27,490 nucleotides of DNA. Origin: Candidatus Thorarchaeota archaeon. Its GTDB lineage: Archaea; Asgardarchaeota; Thorarchaeia; Thorarchaeales; Thorarchaeaceae. The notes under the pieces are model-generated. The model made no database searches. It saw only the letters and a list, made by a program, of their open reading frames with translations, and was not told where the DNA came from. The DNA is taken from contig JAFGAR010000035.1 of the NCBI GenBank assembly GCA_016933575.1, positions 1-27,490 of the forward strand, in the 5' to 3' direction. Both the position numbers and the translations under genes were made by a program. The stretch's first letter is position 1. Every line of letters starts with the position of its first letter. Shown piece after piece: positions 25,367-27,490 of the stretch.

Positions 25367-25554
25367 TTTCAAAACTCTCGCTTATGCGATTTGCAGGTGA
25401 ATCAAAACTAATGTGTATTTCTGTGGATGTGCGAAACGGGAATAACCAGTTACGAAACCATATTTGAAATGCGTCTATAGCTTGCCTACCTGCATCAATT
25501 CTAAGGACTTGAATCCTTATTATTTTGTTCGTAAACTGCATCCTCTTATAACTT

Positions 25555-26763
25555 TCACTCAATTATAAGACTCGATAGGTCTCTCGGGTATTTTGTAGTG
25601 ACCTCAACCCCATCTTCTGTTATGACAAAGGTATCGCTATGCCTGAATCCTCCAAGGCCTCTTTCGTAGATTCCAGGTTCACAAGAGAAGATCATTCCCA
25701 CCTCAAGGATATCTTCAGAACCAATGTCAAGAAATGGACGCTCATGTCCTTCCATACCTAATCCATGACCTGTATGGTGACGAACAAGATTGGAAACGCC
25801 TTTCTCTTTGAACACTCTTCTAGCGGCTCTATCAACTTCTGAGCATTTAACTCCTGGACCAGCAGCTTCCAAGGCAGCATCTTGAGCAGATAGCATGGCA
25901 GAAAACAACTCTTTCTGCCTAGGAGATGGCGCACCCATGAACATTGTTCGTTCCAGTTCAGATTCAATGCCATAGACATCTGAAGAAGCGCCCGTCACTA
26001 AAGTATCACCCTTCTTGAATGTAAGACCTCTGGATAGTGCATGCGGGAAGTAACTATTTGATCCAATCTGTCCACGATAGAGAGCAATAGCAGGGAACAT
26101 TGAAAATCCTGTGGGATGATAGGCATCACCCAACTCTGCGACCATATCATGAGAACCTTGTGCACTGGCTCGGATAGTCACATCAATCTCATTCGCCCCA
26201 ATCTCTGTATATTCTTGAAGATATTTGTGAGCACGATCAGCCCATTTCGAAGACTCCCTCATAATCTCGATTTCTTCAGGTTCTTTTATCACTCGCATAT
26301 CCATGACTGTATCAGGTAGAATTTTGAACTTCAAACAAGTCACATCTTCAAGACTTGGTCCCTTGTAGCCCCAATATCCAGGAGCTCCAGGAGATTCTGA
26401 TGCTACACGATTTGGTGAGATCTCTAACTCATCCTCTAGGACTCTAGCCAGATGATGCATTGGATGTTGTTCGTCAGGATATTCAAAGTACGAGAAGACT
26501 TCTGAAACAAACGGTACTTGATGTTGTACATGATCTATCTCTAATGAAGGGACAAAGAAGTACACTTCACCACTATGGACAATTAACACAATTGGCCGTT
26601 CAGTCGGAATGAATGAAAAACCGGTCAGGTAAAAGATATTCTTCGAGTTGAAAAGAAGAAATGTATGAATGCCTTCTTGGTCGATTTTTTCCTTTAATCG
26701 ATTGATTCGTTTCTTATGGTGGTCAGGTGTTAAGTAAGTGCGTGGCAAAGAGATGTACCTCAT
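25555..26763 (-). CDS. Xaa-Pro aminopeptidase / prolidase (M24B family)
   Basis: NIFYLTGF, DMRVIKEPEEI, HHTGHGLGMEGHERP, FSCEPGIY, GGFRHSDT. Start ATG 26763 is likelier than TTG 26817. Confidence 0.92.
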   Translation of the reverse strand: MRYISLPRTYLTPDHHKKRINRLKEKIDQEGIHTFLLFNSKNIFYLTGFSFIPTERPIVLIVHSGEVYFFVPSLEIDHVQHQVPFVSEVFSYFEYPDEQHPMHHLARVLEDELEISPNRVASESPGAPGYWGYKGPSLEDVTCLKFKILPDTVMDMRVIKEPEEIEIMRESSKWADRAHKYLQEYTEIGANEIDVTIRASAQGSHDMVAELGDAYHPTGFSMFPAIALYRGQIGSNSYFPHALSRGLTFKKGDTLVTGASSDVYGIESELERTMFMGAPSPRQKELFSAMLSAQDAALEAAGPGVKCSEVDRAARRVFKEKGVSNLVRHHTGHGLGMEGHERPFLDIGSEDILEVGMIFSCEPGIYERGLGGFRHSDTFVITEDGVEVTTKYPRDLSSLIIE

Positions 26764-26923
26764 TATTATCAATGTCAAAGCTTGATATATTTCTATTTTA
26801 GAATAAGAGTCGACCAATCCTGATAATAGAGCGAAATTTTGAACAAGTGTGTGAATTCTTGCGCCAATCTATTGACTATTTAACTTAGATGACTATTCAA
26901 TCATATTGCGTGGTGTATGAATA

Positions 26924-27277
26924 ATGGAGAAGATAAAAGAGAATCAATTCTTAACCACCAATTTCAAACTCGCAGTTGTCCCAATACAACTTATCAAGAA
27001 TTTTATTATTAATAGATCGATTCGTTGCGCAGGATGTTTTATTCTTGCCGTCGTATTGCTTCTGCCTGTATCGATTCTTCCAGGCTTAGCATTGTTTGTG
27101 GTACCAGCTGAGATTGCAGTCATTGGCAAAATCCATGATGAAGTCCAGCTAATTCAATGGGTACGATGGAATGCACTCCCACGTCGTGGATGCTGGGAAG
27201 ATGCTGAAAATGAAACTGAAATCAGTCACACAAAATCACTTGATAGACGTGATTCTACACTGGGATATATGAGATGA
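26924..27277 (+). CDS. Possible small membrane protein (doubtful)
   Basis: 117-aa ORF with GGTG upstream and one long hydrophobic stretch; no family recognised and it may be spurious. Confidence 0.3.
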   Translation: MEKIKENQFLTTNFKLAVVPIQLIKNFIINRSIRCAGCFILAVVLLLPVSILPGLALFVVPAEIAVIGKIHDEVQLIQWVRWNALPRRGCWEDAENETEISHTKSLDRRDSTLGYMR

Positions 27278-27298
27278 AATTAGGGATGAAAAATAGAT

Positions 27299-27330
27299 TG
27301 CAGCGGGTGAATATAGAATTCACCCGTGCA
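27299..27330 (-). terminator. 3' hairpin downstream of the second RGG-tailed gene
   Basis: CGGGTGAAT (27304-27312) and ATTCACCCG (27318-27326) form a perfect 9-bp stem, extended by TGCA/TGCA across a 1-nt bulge. The minus strand continues ATCTATTTTT. Confidence 0.7.
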
Positions 27331-27364
27331 GAATTCTAACTAGTTTATCTAATTTAATTTTGGA

Positions 27365-27490
27365 TTAACGCCTTCGGCTTCCACCGTAGCCGCCACCGCC
27401 GCCACGACGGTCTCTACCGCCGCCACCATAGCCGCCGCCACCGCCACCGCCACGACGATCGCCGCCATAACCGCCACCGCCGCCACCATA
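27365..27490 (-). CDS. 3' end of a second Gly/Arg/Tyr-rich (RGG/YGG) tailed protein, partial; possibly an ssb paralog
   Basis: The minus strand translates as YGGGGGGYGGDRRGGGGGGGYGGGGRDRRGGGGGYGGSRRR* (stop 27367-27365). It is absent from the ORF track because the start is outside the window. Confidence 0.85.
   Translation of the reverse strand, partial: YGGGGGGYGGDRRGGGGGGGYGGGGRDRRGGGGGYGGSRRR

Noticed and set aside
26873-26897. TGACTATT direct repeat upstream of the peptidase
   Set aside because: An 8-mer pair in AT-rich DNA with no other support.

Overview
Gene-dense, AT-rich archaeal chromosome segment with about 25 CDS and no recognisable rRNA, tRNA or CRISPR array. An Asgard archaeon, probably Thorarchaeia-like, is my inference from GAGGTG/GGAGTG Shine-Dalgarno sites, many TTG/GTG starts, a crenarchaeal-type single-OB SSB, a tandem double Lrp/AsnC regulator and multi-PAS kinases. 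In order, it contains: an sfsA cut off by a probable IS end at the left edge, a REC-HisKA protein, dinB, a 4xPAS histidine kinase, a serine racemase-like PLP enzyme, NimA-like, ACT and nitroreductase genes, an orphan eutA plus a GNAT, two paralogous uncharacterised polytopic membrane proteins, mscS, trmO, an acyl-CoA thioesterase, a PARP-type zinc-finger protein, an AstE/AspA hydrolase, a PAS-PAS-pseudokinase-thioredoxin fusion, a secreted transglutaminase-like protein with a divergent surface protein, an MFS transporter, an SSB with an RGG/YGG tail, an Xaa-Pro aminopeptidase, and the end of a second RGG/YGG-tailed gene. The strongest leads are: (1) a His-less PAS-pseudokinase with a C-terminal CxxC thioredoxin domain, which together with a REC-HisKA protein lacking an ATPase domain and an intact kinase suggests a non-canonical, possibly redox-gated phosphorelay; (2) a eukaryote-like PARP-type zinc finger on an unknown N-terminal domain; (3) two RGG/YGG-tailed genes sharing 42 identical nt and similar 3' hairpins; (4) an eutA whose conserved N-terminus has no canonical start codon. 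All family calls come from motif recognition by eye; no searches were run.
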